Below are positions 14,701-27,088 of a stretch of DNA of 64,000 nt, piece by piece. Below the pieces are notes generated by a model. The model saw nothing but the letters and a program-made list of their open reading frames with translations. It ran no database searches and had not been told where the DNA came from. Source of the DNA: Vermamoeba vermiformis (Eukaryota). The stretch's first letter is position 1. Each line of letters opens with the position of its first letter. Both the position numbers and the translations under genes were made by a program. Location of the stretch: the NCBI GenBank assembly GCA_045837725.1, contig JBEWZL010000011.1, positions 434,001 through 498,000 on the forward strand, read 5' to 3'.

Positions 14701-15512
14701 TAGTATTAATAATATAATTAAGTACCAAGGTTATAACAACGTAAGCCACGAAAGTGGTTATGAAAGAAAATTTCAAATAATTCAAGTTCGGATCCGAAAA
14801 TTAGATCCCGCTTTCTCTCGTGCGAGTATGTGTCGACTGGCTCATTTAGCGTTCATAATTATCGTTAGACACTATGAGAGCCTTCGTCTACCATACTCAG
14901 CATTGTGGTGCCTCACTGGAGTTGAGAATAGACTGCGTGACTCAAAAAAAATCATTCGCTTTTCTCCTCAACAACGAGCACCACAAGAGTCGCACCACTC
15001 CAGTTCCATCTTATATATGCAGTAATATAACTATATATATTTTTAAGAATTTTTCTGTCGTGCTAAGCCACCGATCAGCACATCATCTGATCTTCAATTT
15101 TTTTGTCTCTCGTGTCGAGAGCTAGTTCTTAGCCAACGACATAATGTCCTTGTAGTATTTTGTATTTTGAAATGAAAAAATAAACCTTGGCATAACTTTA
15201 CAAAAGAAAAGATAAGTTAAGTTTGAAACGCATTTTTTGGCATAACTTAGCGATTTTTTTTTTTTATGCCGCGTAAGTTAAGTTTTTAATTCCCTCAATT
15301 AGAAAAATACGAAATAATTTTGTAGCGAGTAAGTTATTACCAGTATGTCCATATCTTCCAGTTGGCTCGTATTTTTCGCTTTTCTCGTATAATGTAACGT
15401 TTCTCCACGTATCCGCTTGAATTTCCAATTGTTCTTTCTTCACCACCTGCGAGCCTTTAGCGATCGAGTCACTTTCGTCTTCAGAGTTACTATCATGTTT
15501 GTTGTGTTCCAT
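11726..15512 (-). CDS. Kelch-repeat / F-box / Rho-family GTPase fusion protein, copy 1 (CaaX CLMM)
   Basis: About six Kelch repeats (RYGHT, RHFHS, RFHH..FGG..W), F-box LVPMIPTEILMKVFEKLD...VSKQW, then [60 protein letters not shown], ending KKRCLMM*. Intron 1 carries a MITE. Confidence 0.85.
14551..15296. mobile_element. Non-autonomous TIR DNA transposon (MITE-like, 746 bp) in intron 1 of Kelch-F-box-Rho copy 1
   Basis: Perfect 35-bp TIR GAGGGAATTAAAAACTTAACTTACGCGGCATAAAA plus a second subterminal inverted block (TTTCAAACTTAACTTATCTTTT). AAT duplicated at 14548-14550 and 15297-15299. The equivalent intron of copy 2 (about 18660) lacks the insert and shows the empty site. Confidence 0.92.
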
Positions 15513-15738
15513 GTTGAAGGTTGTAACGAAAAGCGAAAGTTAAAAAAACTGAAATTTCATAACCAACGTTCGGCTAAAGTGCTTTATCTTTGGTCCATCT
15601 CATTATTATAACTAGCTAGCTATAATAGTAAAGTTTATTTCTTAAAAGGTTGCTGACACAGCGTCGTTGATCGAACAAAACTCACTAAAGATCCGGCGGT
15701 ACAAAAGGAATTAGGCTCATAAGAAATTGCTAATCGCT

Positions 15739-18700
15739 CTACATGAGCATGCAACGTCTTTTGTCGTTCTCAGCTTCATTATCGCTGAAAATCTTATCTA
15801 TCGCTAAAGTTAAGGCCGTATCCACAACTTTGTCGACGTTGTAACCAGTCAATGAACTGCAAGGAATATAGCCCTTAGCTCCGATTTGTTGACGAAGCAG
15901 TTCTGCCTAACAATAAGGGTCGTTAATAATGTAATTGCTAGTTTCTATTATTGGATCTTTACCCGTTCGTCAGTGATCGGCGCTAGTTTTTTCTCCTTCA
16001 ATTTTTCGATTGTATTGAGATCATCTCTAAACGATAATATTAGTATCTAATCCATATATACTATTTTAGAGGTTGTAGTGAGACCCATAATCAAAATTAA
16101 AACTTGCCTCAAATCCGCTTTGGATCCAACGAGCAATCTTACAGCAGAGGGACAATGGTGCGTTACTTCAGGATACCACTATAAAGTATTGTTATAATAA
16201 AGACATGAAGCGCACTTACCCTCGCTGACATATTCTCATAAGAAGTTTGCGAGATCAACGAAAACCTGCAATGGATGGAAGTTAGAAATGTTTGATAGGC
16301 ACTATAATACGTCTAAAAATGAAGCGCTTACATCATCAAAAAGACGTCAGTCATTGGGTACGACAATGGACCTATAAAATGAGTTACAATCGTTAAGTGG
16401 CTTGTACTATATTATAAGCTTACGAAGTCTGTCATACTCTTCACCACCACCACAAACGTCCCAGAGTGTAACTCTATAAGACACGTACATTTTTGTTAAT
16501 AAGGCCTTTTGTACAACGGATCAAGTCTTACACCAAAGGTATGTTGTTGTGGACCTTCTCTATTGAAGACAGCATGGTTAATTTCGTAATGCAATTCATA
16601 AGTCAATAATACTTACGAGCTGAGTAATTATCGAAGACAGTTGGGACGTATTCATCTAAACGAAGGTCAGATCTGATCAGCCGTTACACGAAGCACAGAG
16701 ATGACTTACGAGGGAAAGCTCTTGTAGTATATCTTATCAAGAAGCATGTCTTGCCAACTACACCAATATCCCGTCAGTTGAATTCAAGTTTTCGAATAAA
16801 AGTAATCTGATCTACCTGCACCACATCCAACGACAACAAGCTTGACTGCAATTCCTTGAATTGGTGTGCCTCCCATCCAACCGTATTTTTGATAGTTTTC
16901 TTGTTTGATACCTATGTAACGAGTTAAGTTGTAACGTAATCGATGCGATCTGCAACTGTACTTACGCTTAAGAATTTTCTTATAATGAGCAGCAGAATGT
17001 GCCTTCAAATCCGATTTTACTTCTACATTTACGCACTTAGTATCATAAACGAGAAATCTCCTTTTGAAAGATTGAACATACCAGGATCTACGACAAGCAG
17101 ATCTCGCCACTAAGACGAAGAATTTGTTAGTAAGGTTAGTGCGTAAGCGAAATTTACCTGAATCCATAACAAGCAGATCTCGCCACTGAAGACGAAGGCT
17201 TAGTAACGTTAGTATAACAATATGTGCTATATCTTACCAAATAACCATCACCTGTGAGCTGATTCCATTGCTTGCTGACGGAGTTTGCTCGTACAAGCGA
17301 AACCATATCCAGCTTCTCGAACACTTTCATAAGAATTTCTTCGGGTATCATCGGCAACAAATTAACTCGAATAGGTATCTTAATGAAGTCATTGAAGGCT
17401 AGATCTTCATTATTGCGTCCACCGAACACAAGCAAGAAGCCTTGAAGTGTGAGAGCGGAGTGAAAGTAGCGAGGAGCGGGGGTGATGTGGCTTTTTTTGT
17501 CGCTTGTCAAATTCTTCCAGGACTTGTTGGAAAGATTGAACGACCACAATTGATTGTATGCTTCTTTGCCGTTCGTGCCTCCAAACATGAGAAGTGTTGG
17601 TGCCAAGTCACCACCGACCCAAGTCCACGTGTGACCGTACCTTCATCGCATTAGCTTACAGATACTAATATTTATATTATAATCGCACCTAGCAGATGGT
17701 TTAGCACCCTTCACCTTGACTTCTTTCCACGTATGTCTGACTGATATCATGACGTTAGTAAGGCAAAAATGACTCGAAAAGTCACTTACTCAAGTCGAAT
17801 TCCCACACATTGTTATCTGCATCACGACCTCCAAACAGCATCATCTTGTCGTGATATATGACACACGTGTGATGGAAGCGAGGAGCAGGTGTGTCTTGTG
17901 ACCTTGATTTGATGAGTTCCCACGAGTGTTGTTGCAAGTCGAACATGAACACTTCGTTGCTCGTGAAGCCACCGTTGTCGTAGCCTCCAAACACGACCTG
18001 ATAATTTAATTTTTTGTTACAATAGTAGCATTTTAAGCTTATTCCAACGTACCATCTTGTCGTTCCAAACACAAGCAGAGTGACCATATCTTCGCGACGG
18101 AACTGTTCCTTTCACTTCAAGTTTGACCCATTTGTTATTAGCTACAAAAATCACGTGCCGTTAGTTTTATACGTTGTTTTTTATCGAGCTTTGATGGGCC
18201 TATTATTGCACGTGCGTCTTTAACATACTCGTGTCCAAGCAATGAACATCGTTGTAGTACCCGTTACTCTTGCCGCCTATTTATGATTTGTATTAGCGAC
18301 ATGGTTAATAGTAATCATCGTATTGCTTACCAAAGACGTAAAGACACTTGTTGAAAACAACGGTTGAATGGAAATGTCTTCCGTGTTCGAACAATTTCAT
18401 TTCTGATGGTGGCAAGAACGAAAGACTTTCTGTAGCCGTATTAATACGTTGTTATAGATTATTGACATATTATTATCTTACCGAAATCGAATTCAAGAAG
18501 CTCTCGGCAGAATTGTCCCTTCGCATCTCCTCCTCCTGAAGCGCGGTTTCGTTAAAAAATGATTAATACATAATTTTGTACTTACCCAGGACATACATCG
18601 TTGAGAATACGCCATTCGTCACTTCAAAGGCTAAAATGTCAAAAAAAAAAAATTAGAATTAAATTAGAAAATACGAAATAATTTTGTAGCGAGTAAGTTA

Positions 18701-18879
18701 TTACCAGTATGTCCATATCTTCCTGATGGCTCGTATTTTTCGTTTTTCTCGTATAATGTAACGTTTCTCCACGTATCAGCTTGAATTTCCAATTGTTCTT
18801 TCTTCACCACCTGCGAGCCTTTAGCGATCGAGTCACTTTCGTCTTCAGAGTTACTAGTATCATGTTTGTTGTGTTCCAT
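15739..18879 (-). CDS. Kelch-repeat / F-box / Rho-family GTPase fusion protein, copy 2 (CaaX CMLM)
   Basis: Same exon structure as copy 1. [30 protein letters not shown], ends KRRCMLM*. Has a duplicated 28-nt micro-exon and one GC-AG intron. Confidence 0.82.
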
Positions 18880-19108
18880 GTTGAAGGTTGTAACGATAAG
18901 CCAAAGTTAAAAAAAAAACTGAAATTTCAACCCACACGTTCGGCTAAAGTAAAGCTTTATCTTGGGCCCATCTCATATTATAACTAGCTATAATAGTAAC
19001 GTTTATTTTCTTAAAAGGTTGCTGACACAGCGTCGTTGATCGAACAAGACTCTTAACCTTAAGATCCGGCGGTTACAAAAGGAATTAGGACCATAAGAAA
19101 TTATCGCT

Positions 19109-22100
19109 CTACATGAGCATGCAACGTCTCTTGTCGTTCTCAGCTTCATTATCGCTGAAAATCTTATCGAGTGCTAACGTTAAGGCCGTATCCACCACTT
19201 TGTCGACATTGTAACCAGTCAACGAACTGCAAGGAATATAGCCCTTCGCTCCGATTTGTTGACGAAGCAGTTCTGCCTAAGAAAAGGTGCGTTAATAATT
19301 GTAATTGCTAGTTTCTATGCTTATTTGTTGGATCCTTTACCTGTTCGTCAGTGATCGGCGCTAGTTTTTTCTCCTTCAATTTTTCGATTGTAGCAGGATC
19401 ATCTCTAAACGATAATATTAGCATCTATTCCATATATAGACATTTTAGAGGTTACAGTGGACCCATAATCAAAATTAAAACTCACCTCAAATCCGCTTTG
19501 GATCCAACGAGCAATCTTACAGCAGAGGGACAATGGTGCGTGACTTCAGGATACCACTATAAAGCATTGTTATAATAAAGACAACCTTTGAAGCGCACTT
19601 ACCTTCACTGGCATATTCTCGTAAGAAGTTTGCGAGATCAACGAAAACCTGCAAGATCAAGTTAAAAATGATTGAAAGAACTATAATACTTCTAAAAATG
19701 AAACGATGCTTACATCATCAAAAAGACGTCAGTCATTGGGTACGACAATGGACCTATAAAATGAGTTACAATTGTTAAGTGGCTTCTACTATAGTTTAAG
19801 CTTACGAAGTCTGTCATAATCTTCGCCACCACCGCTAACGTCCCATAATGTAACGCTAAGACACTATTGTTAGTAAAAAGCCTCTTTTGTACAACGGATC
19901 CAAGTCTTACACCAAAGGTATGTTGTTGTGGACTTTCTCTATTAGAGACAGTATGGTTAATTTCGCAAGGATATTCATATATTCAATAATACTTACGAGC
20001 TGAGTAATTATCGAAGACAGTTGGGATGTATTCGTCTAAAGTAATTGTTAGCGAGGTCAGATCTGATCAGCCGTTACACGAAGCACAGAGATGACTTACG
20101 AGGGAAAGCTCTCGAAGTATATCTTATTAAGAAGCATGTCTTGCCAACTACACCAATATCCCGTCAGTTGAATTCAAGCTTTCGAAAAAAAGTAAGCTGA
20201 TCCTACCTGCACCACATCCAACGACAACGAGCTTGACTGCAATGCCTTGAATTGGTGTGCCTCCCATCCAACCGTATTTTTTATAGTTTTCTTGTTTGAT
20301 CCCTATGTAACAAGTTTAATCTACGTAATCGATGCGATCAGCAACTGTACTTACGCTTAAGAATTTTCTTATAATGGGTTGCTGAATGTACCTTCATATC
20401 CGATTTTACGTCTACATTTATGCAGTCAGTATCATAAACGAGAAATCTCCTTTTGAAAGATTGAACATACCAGGATCCATAACAAGCAGATCTCGCCACT
20501 GAAGACGAAGGCTTAGTAACGTTAGTATAACAATATGTGCTATATCTTACCAAATATCCATCACTTGTAAGCTGATTCCATTGCTTGCTGACGGAGTTTG
20601 CACGTACGAGCGAAACCATGTCCAGCTTCTCGAACACTTTCATAAGAATTTCTTCGGGTATCATTGGCAACAAATTAACTCGAATAGGTATCTTAATGAA
20701 GTCATTGAAGGCTAGATCTTCGTTATTGCGTCCACCGAACACAAGCAAGAAGCCTTGAAGTGTGAGAGCGGAGTGAAAGTAGCGAGGAGCAGGGGTGTTG
20801 ATCTTCTTGTCATTGGCCAAATTCTTCCACGACTTCTTGGAAAGATTGAACGACCACAATTGGTTGTACGCTTCTTTGCCATTCGTGCCTCCAAACATGA
20901 GAAGTGTTGGTGCCAAGTCACCACCAACCCACGTCCACGTGTGACCGTACCTTTACACCATCAGTATACTATACGTTACTATTAAATCGATTCCATACCT
21001 AGCAGATGGTTTAACACCCTTCACCTTGACTTCTTTCCACGTATGTCTGACTGATATCATGACGTTAGTAAGGCAAAAATGACTCGCAAAGTCACTCACT
21101 TAAGTCGAACTCCCACACATTGTTATCTGCATCACGACCTCCAAACAGCATCATCTTGTCGTGATATATTACACACGTGTGATGGAAGCGAGGAGCAGGT
21201 GTGGCTTGTGACTTCGATTTGATGAGTTCCCACGAGTGTTGTTGCAAGTCGAACATGAACACTTCGTTGCTCGTGAAGCCATCGTTATCGTAGCCTCCAA
21301 ACACGACCTACGTAGATCATACCATAAGCCTGACTGTTATAATAACTCTATGCCTTGTTGCTTGCGCGTACCATCTTGTCGTGCCAAACACAAGCAGAGT
21401 GACCATATCTTCGTGACGGAACTGTTCCTTTCACTTCAAGTTTGACCCACTTGTTCTTGCCTATTAACAATAACCGACATTAGTTTTGTTATATGACATT
21501 TTTAACGAGCTTTGGTGCCCTATTGTTGCACGTGGATCTTAACATACTCGTGTCCAAGCAATGAACATCATTGTAGTATCCGTTACTCTTGCCGCCTACA
21601 ATTAATTCATATCAATAGATGTTTATAACGATATCACTATCTTGTTTACCAAAGACGTAAAGACACTTGTTGAAAACAACGGTTGAATGGAAATGTCTTC
21701 CGTGTTCGAACAATTTTATTTCTGATGGTGGCAAGAACGAAAGACTTTCTGTAATCATATGAGTAGGTTATTATAGAGCTTTGATGTATTATTATCTTAC
21801 CGAAATCGAATTCAAGAAGCTCTCGACAGAATTGACCTTTCGCATCTCCTCCTCCTAAAGCACAACAAAATCAATTTATTGCTTAAAAATTATATTAATA
21901 AATGTTGTGCTTACCAAGGACATACATCGTTGAGAATCCACCATTAGTCACTTCAAAGGCTGACATTGAAATAATTAAATAGGGTATTAATTAACAAAAT
22001 TAGTTAGCGCAAATCCTCTTCGTGCAAAATAATTACCAGTGTGTCCATATCGTCCTGATGGCTCATATTTCTCTTTCTTTTCGTATAAAGTCACATTTCT

Positions 22101-22193
22101 CCACGTATCCGCTTCAACTTCGAACAGCTGCTCTTTATTTGATGATTGCGCACTCGTTTCTTCAATAGAGCTATTATCGACACTATGCTCCAT
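19109..22193 (-). CDS. Kelch-repeat / F-box / Rho-family GTPase fusion protein, copy 3 (CaaX CMLM)
   Basis: ATG 22193 (MEHSVDNSS). Same Kelch, F-box and Rho exons. [13 protein letters not shown]. Ends KRRCMLM*. Confidence 0.85.
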
Positions 22194-22761
22194 TGTGTAA
22201 GATAATCCGAGATAAAATAATAAAAGGACGGAGCTGCCAAACAAAACGGTTATTTATGAAATTTCTATTTTATTTCAGCTAATCGCTTCTTTCGCAGTCC
22301 AAATGCTCATATCAATATTGTTTATGTGCACACTGACGGGTATTAGAGCTAAATATAGCCTTTTGACCGGGGATCTGCCTTCAAATCGAAAGCGTCTAGT
22401 TTCTTTCGCGAATGATCAGGCTTAATTATTAATAATTTATCGGGGATAAAATCGATTAATAATTAAAAGAACTGGCGACTAGTTTTGAAGGTTTAAGACT
22501 TCAATGAAAGAAGAATAGCCATTTTTTTTTTGCACCGTCGATTGCAGCACAACTGCATCACGGACTAGGCATATAATTTCATTGAAACTATTCGCTATTT
22601 ATTGATAGACAGAAACGGACTGAAATAGAAAGTAAGTAAAAGATATTTTACGAAAATAAGAAAAATCTTCTTATAGACGCGCTAATTAATTTTGAAAAAT
22701 TATCCAATTAACGTGCTATTAATATTTTATTGATTTATTACTGTAATTTTAGAATTAAGCG

Positions 22762-25700
22762 ATGGAACTTGCCAATCTACCTCCTGAAATTCTCCATCAC
22801 CTTCTGTCAGTGATGGATACTCGTGCCATGGCTCATTTAATATGCTGCAATAAGCAATATAGCGAACTAAGAAATTCAATAGAATATTGGAAGCAGATCT
22901 ACCGTAGAGAATTTCCAAAAGTCAGTTTGACAAGTACATCCGTAGACAAAACCGATTGGTACTTGCTGAATCGATACGCAAAGCCATATGAAACTTGGAT
23001 TGTTTCACGGCAGAATAAATTTCCTGTAAACGAAAAATCGTGTGACAAAATCTTTTTCTTGTTTTATTTTTATTTTGATTTTGTTTGACGATGTTGAGCC
23101 AACAAGTGATCTCCTCCGCTACCTCAGCTGTGCAGCCCCTTTGTGCTCCCGTGCTGTCGGACTGCAGCGAGCTACACTCGGGAATGAATCCCAGTATTTG
23201 CTCCGCATCTGGTCGGCCTGGTGATGTCTTAGTGGATCCAGCGGATTTACCTGCGTTGCAGGAGATTACTCGTATACTTGGTGATGCAATGAGTGAGCGT
23301 CAGGCGCCCCGTAGCTCTGATCGCGACTGTAGTGGCCAAACAGACGCGAAAAGTACTGACAGCCCTCCTGCTCCCTTGTCGGCCCCAGAGTCTAATAATT
23401 TACAAGTTAAAACCACCAGAAGAGGGCGCAAACGAAAAAACCGTGCTAATAAAGACGCGCACTCGGATTCAGAGGTAATTCTTCGAATTTTTTATTTTAA
23501 TTCAATTTCTCATTGTTTCGCAGGCTGTAGCACAAGAACACAAGCGACAAAAAATAGACCACCCCAGCCAGCAGGTCATTGACACCAGAGTTACATGCAA
23601 CTTGTGCCAGGAACGGATCAAAGGATCGGAAATCTTCCCGCATTTAAAGTTCACCTGCGTGCCTGATTATGAAAAAAGAAATTTTCCCCAACATGTTGTG
23701 ACAGTCGTAAGTATATTTTAATAGAAATAATCAATTATTAAATTAATTTTTCAGATGGATCGGATGACTGCTACTCCACGCGCACACGAATGGCACAATA
23801 ATAATAATATTAAGTCTCGACGTAAGTCTATTATTAAATTATACTTATATATTATTATAATAATTATTTACGTGAAATTGGATGCACGATCGATGCTGTG
23901 GATTTTTTTAGTCCGCCTCCGACAAAGTTGGAGCCTTAGAATTGTTGCTTGGCTATTTTCATGCAGTGCTGCGACAATTCTAAGAGTATTTGATGATGTT
24001 ATGGCGGCAATTTTGAAATTAGCAGAGCAGCGGATTCAAATCCCTTCCTTGCAAGAGAGATTGACCAACGGTGTAACATTTTACGACGATATAGTTACAG
24101 TAATTATCGATGGCAGTGAACAACAAGTCAGCGTATCTCTCTTTTCGTGAAATTGAACGAGGAACATTCAGCGGAAAGAAAGCGAAGCACACATTCACAA
24201 TTTTACTTGCAGTAGCTCCAAATGGCAAGATTTATTATCTATCTCCATCGCAGCCAGGAGCAAAGCACGATTTTGCCGTTATTTCCCTGCCAGAAAATTT
24301 TTTTTGGCGTCATCTCGAAGAGTTTGAAGCTATTGGTGCCGACAAAGGATACGTTGGCTTAGATAAGCTTGTAGCACCAAATCCTGTGATATTGCCCGTT
24401 TCAAAACCGAAAACGAGAGAACAAGAAGAATTTAATAACGAGTTTGCCGCGATCCGAACAATTGTAGAAAATGTATTTGCCCAAATCAAGAAATGGAAGA
24501 TGTGCAAAAATACCTTCAAAATTAACGGTGACATCAATAATGCGAAGGAGAAGCACAACCAGATTTGGCGAGCTGCTTGTTTTCTTGTCAACGAATATGT
24601 AGATATGCGCCCAGTAAAATAACTGCTCCAATATAACGATCGTAGTACTGTGGATTCCGTCGTGGCTGCGGGGTAAAATTTATTTTTGATCTGTTGTGGT
24701 GAGTTAATTTTCGTATTGCAAAAAAATCGTCGAAAAAAAAATTTTCGATTTTTCCTTCGTGAAACAACCCAACTATTTTAGAAGCCATTAGAGCAACTAC
24801 GAAAGAAAATAGCACGATTTTTATTGCGCCTGGCGTTTATGAAGAAATAATTATTCTCGATCGGCTAAAAGAATCTGAGGATTTAAACAACAAAATCGAA
24901 TTAATCGGCTTAACTGACCGCAAATTCGTCAATGAAGTATTAACGGAGCATAAAGACCTCATTACAAGAGCTACTAATGGAAATATTGCCGATCGATCTG
25001 CGGATTTCACTTTGACTATTCCCACTGACAATCCATATTCTCACTCTGGCTCGCGTAATGCATCACTAGCTTATGAAAGGAAGAAATTCGAGGAAAAATT
25101 CAAATGGACTGGCACTGTTCGCGATCCTGTCGAGGCGGATGCAGTCATCATTCAATCACGCGGCGAATCGACCTTCCAATTATACGAAACTATACATCTA
25201 GAGGTAAGATATATACCAAATAATACTTGGCTCTAATTACGCTTTAATAAGCGGATCTAAAAAAAAACTTAAATTTTAAGCCTTAAAATATATATGGCCA
25301 GGACTTAAATTTTATTATTAGAATATTGTCATCCGACAAACTGACGAACAAAATGTGATTTCAAACCACTTTTGCATCGCTGCTACTGCCCGCCAAGATG
25401 AAGGAGTTTTGACTTTGAAAAATTGCAAACTGAGCGCTATTGCTGTTTCATGCGTATTTACCTCGTAAGTATTGATAGACCACCTAATATATGGATCAAT
25501 ACTAATGTGCATTATAATAATAGAGATACTGAATCGGTATTTGAAGATTGTTTGTTCTACGGATCAAGTCAATCTGGAATTTTTGCCTCTTACTATTCAA
25601 AAATTGACGTCAAAAATTGCGGTAAATACAATAATACAACATTAGTAGTATCAATTATTATATCTAACACCGTTTATCTTCTAATTTTAGTGTTTGCGAA

Positions 25701-26797
25701 TATTTTGACCGGAGTTTCAGCGAATAATCATGCAGCGGCTAGAATTAGCGATTGTACGTTCATTAATTGCCAAGATCAAGGCGTAATGTTCGAGAAGGGT
25801 GCTAGTGAAAGCATATTAGAAAATTCAACGGTTATTTTGAGCGAGTCTGCACTTGACATTAGAGAAGCATGGGTCCACGCTAAAAATAACAAATTTTGTT
25901 ACAATAGCAACGGAATATTCTCAGCGGAGAATTGCAAAGTTACGTTGACGAATAATGAAATTTCAAACTGCAAATTGGCCGCTGTCGTTATGCGCCCATT
26001 TTCAAAATTCGTATTAACCAATAACATATTTAAGAATAATAACGTTGGTACGTATAACTATGACACGGTATTATTATGGATTATAACAAACGTGTTTTAG
26101 GGTTGCAAATAACGCACAGCAGATCCGCTCCGGTGATCGATGTTGAAGCGACAAAATCTCAGAACTCATTTATTGGAAATCAAGAAGACATATCGGAGAA
26201 TTTTAAAGAAGAGGGCGACACTGACTTCGTAAAGGGTTTGAGTCATTTTGATAAAGGCACTGCAAACGACAGTACGTAAAAGTGACACTTTGACACGTGT
26301 CATAAAAATGGATCTGACAAACTTTAATTTCAGCTTCTGCTGCCGTTAAAAGAGCCTATCAACTTAATGTATGTACGTTCTGTACTACTGGATATGATTA
26401 TCATTTCCAAACTTGGTTCGAGTGCATCACGTGTGGTCTTTCATCGTCCTCGGGGATCTGCTCCGTTTGCAAAGATATTTGTCATAAAGGCCACCAAGTA
26501 ATACCAACACCTCAATTTACGCTATTTTATTGGTAAGATTAATATTATCTAATTTTACAAAATTTAAATTTAAATTTTTATTTTTGAAGCGACTGTGGAT
26601 CCACCCGAGATTGCAAGGCAATCGACAAAAGTGTTGCACAACGACTTAAAGATGAAATGGTGCAACAAGTCGTCAATGATTTTGCTATTATGGACTTTCC
26701 AGAAGGAGAGGAGGAAGATGCAGAAGAGGAAGAAGAAGAGGAGCAATTAGAAAACGAAAACTTGGATGAAAACGATGAAAATAACGATCTCGACTAG
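22762..26797 (+). CDS. FBXO11-like protein (F-box, parallel beta-helix repeats, UBR-type zinc finger, acidic tail), interrupted by a transposon in exon 1
   Basis: F-box LANLPPEILHHLLSVMD...YWKQIY. Removing 22996-24774 restores KPYETILEAI...TIFIAPGVYEE. Beta-helix repeats (ISDCTF, LTNNEISNC, LTNNIFKNN). UBR box CTFCTTG...WFECITC...ICSVCKDICHKGH...FYCDCG. Confidence 0.82.
22996..24771 (+). mobile_element. PIF/Harbinger-ISL2EU (PHIS)-type DNA transposon, 1776 bp, 3-bp TSD ACT
   Basis: Imperfect TIR TGG(A/G)TTGTTTCACG at both ends. ACT duplicated at 22993-22995 and 24772-24774. Excision restores the host reading frame. Internal IS5/DDE_Tnp_4-type transposase. Confidence 0.9.
23091..24622 (+). 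pseudogene. Spliced DDE transposase (HTH plus DDE_Tnp_4-like domain, N-terminal zinc-finger-like motif) with one frameshift near 24145
   Basis: CNLC...H...C motif. HTH-like LWIFLVRLRQ...VAWLFSCSAATILR. Catalytic motifs VIIDGSEQ, FSGKKAKHT, GAKHD, IGADKGY, RTIVENVFAQIK. The frame shifts at CTCTTTTCGTGA. Confidence 0.8.
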
Positions 26798-27088
26798 GTA
26801 ATTGAAGTCTTTTTTAAGTCGATAAATAAATTTGTTTACTTTTTGTAACGGCTTGTCGAGTTGAGAAACTGCATCCGTTCCAGCTCGAATAATTTAATAA
26901 TTTGGACAAGCAGTGTATATACATTGTATTTTGATCGCTCTTGTCGCCTATGTCAGCAACGGACACCTCGGCGAAACGGGATAAAGGCTCCGCTTTTTGA
27001 CTAATTAGGAAATCACGGGCTGATTCCGTTATTTAAACTGTTCGCGAATGCGCATTTTATTTTTCACCTCAAGAACACAAGCACAAAC

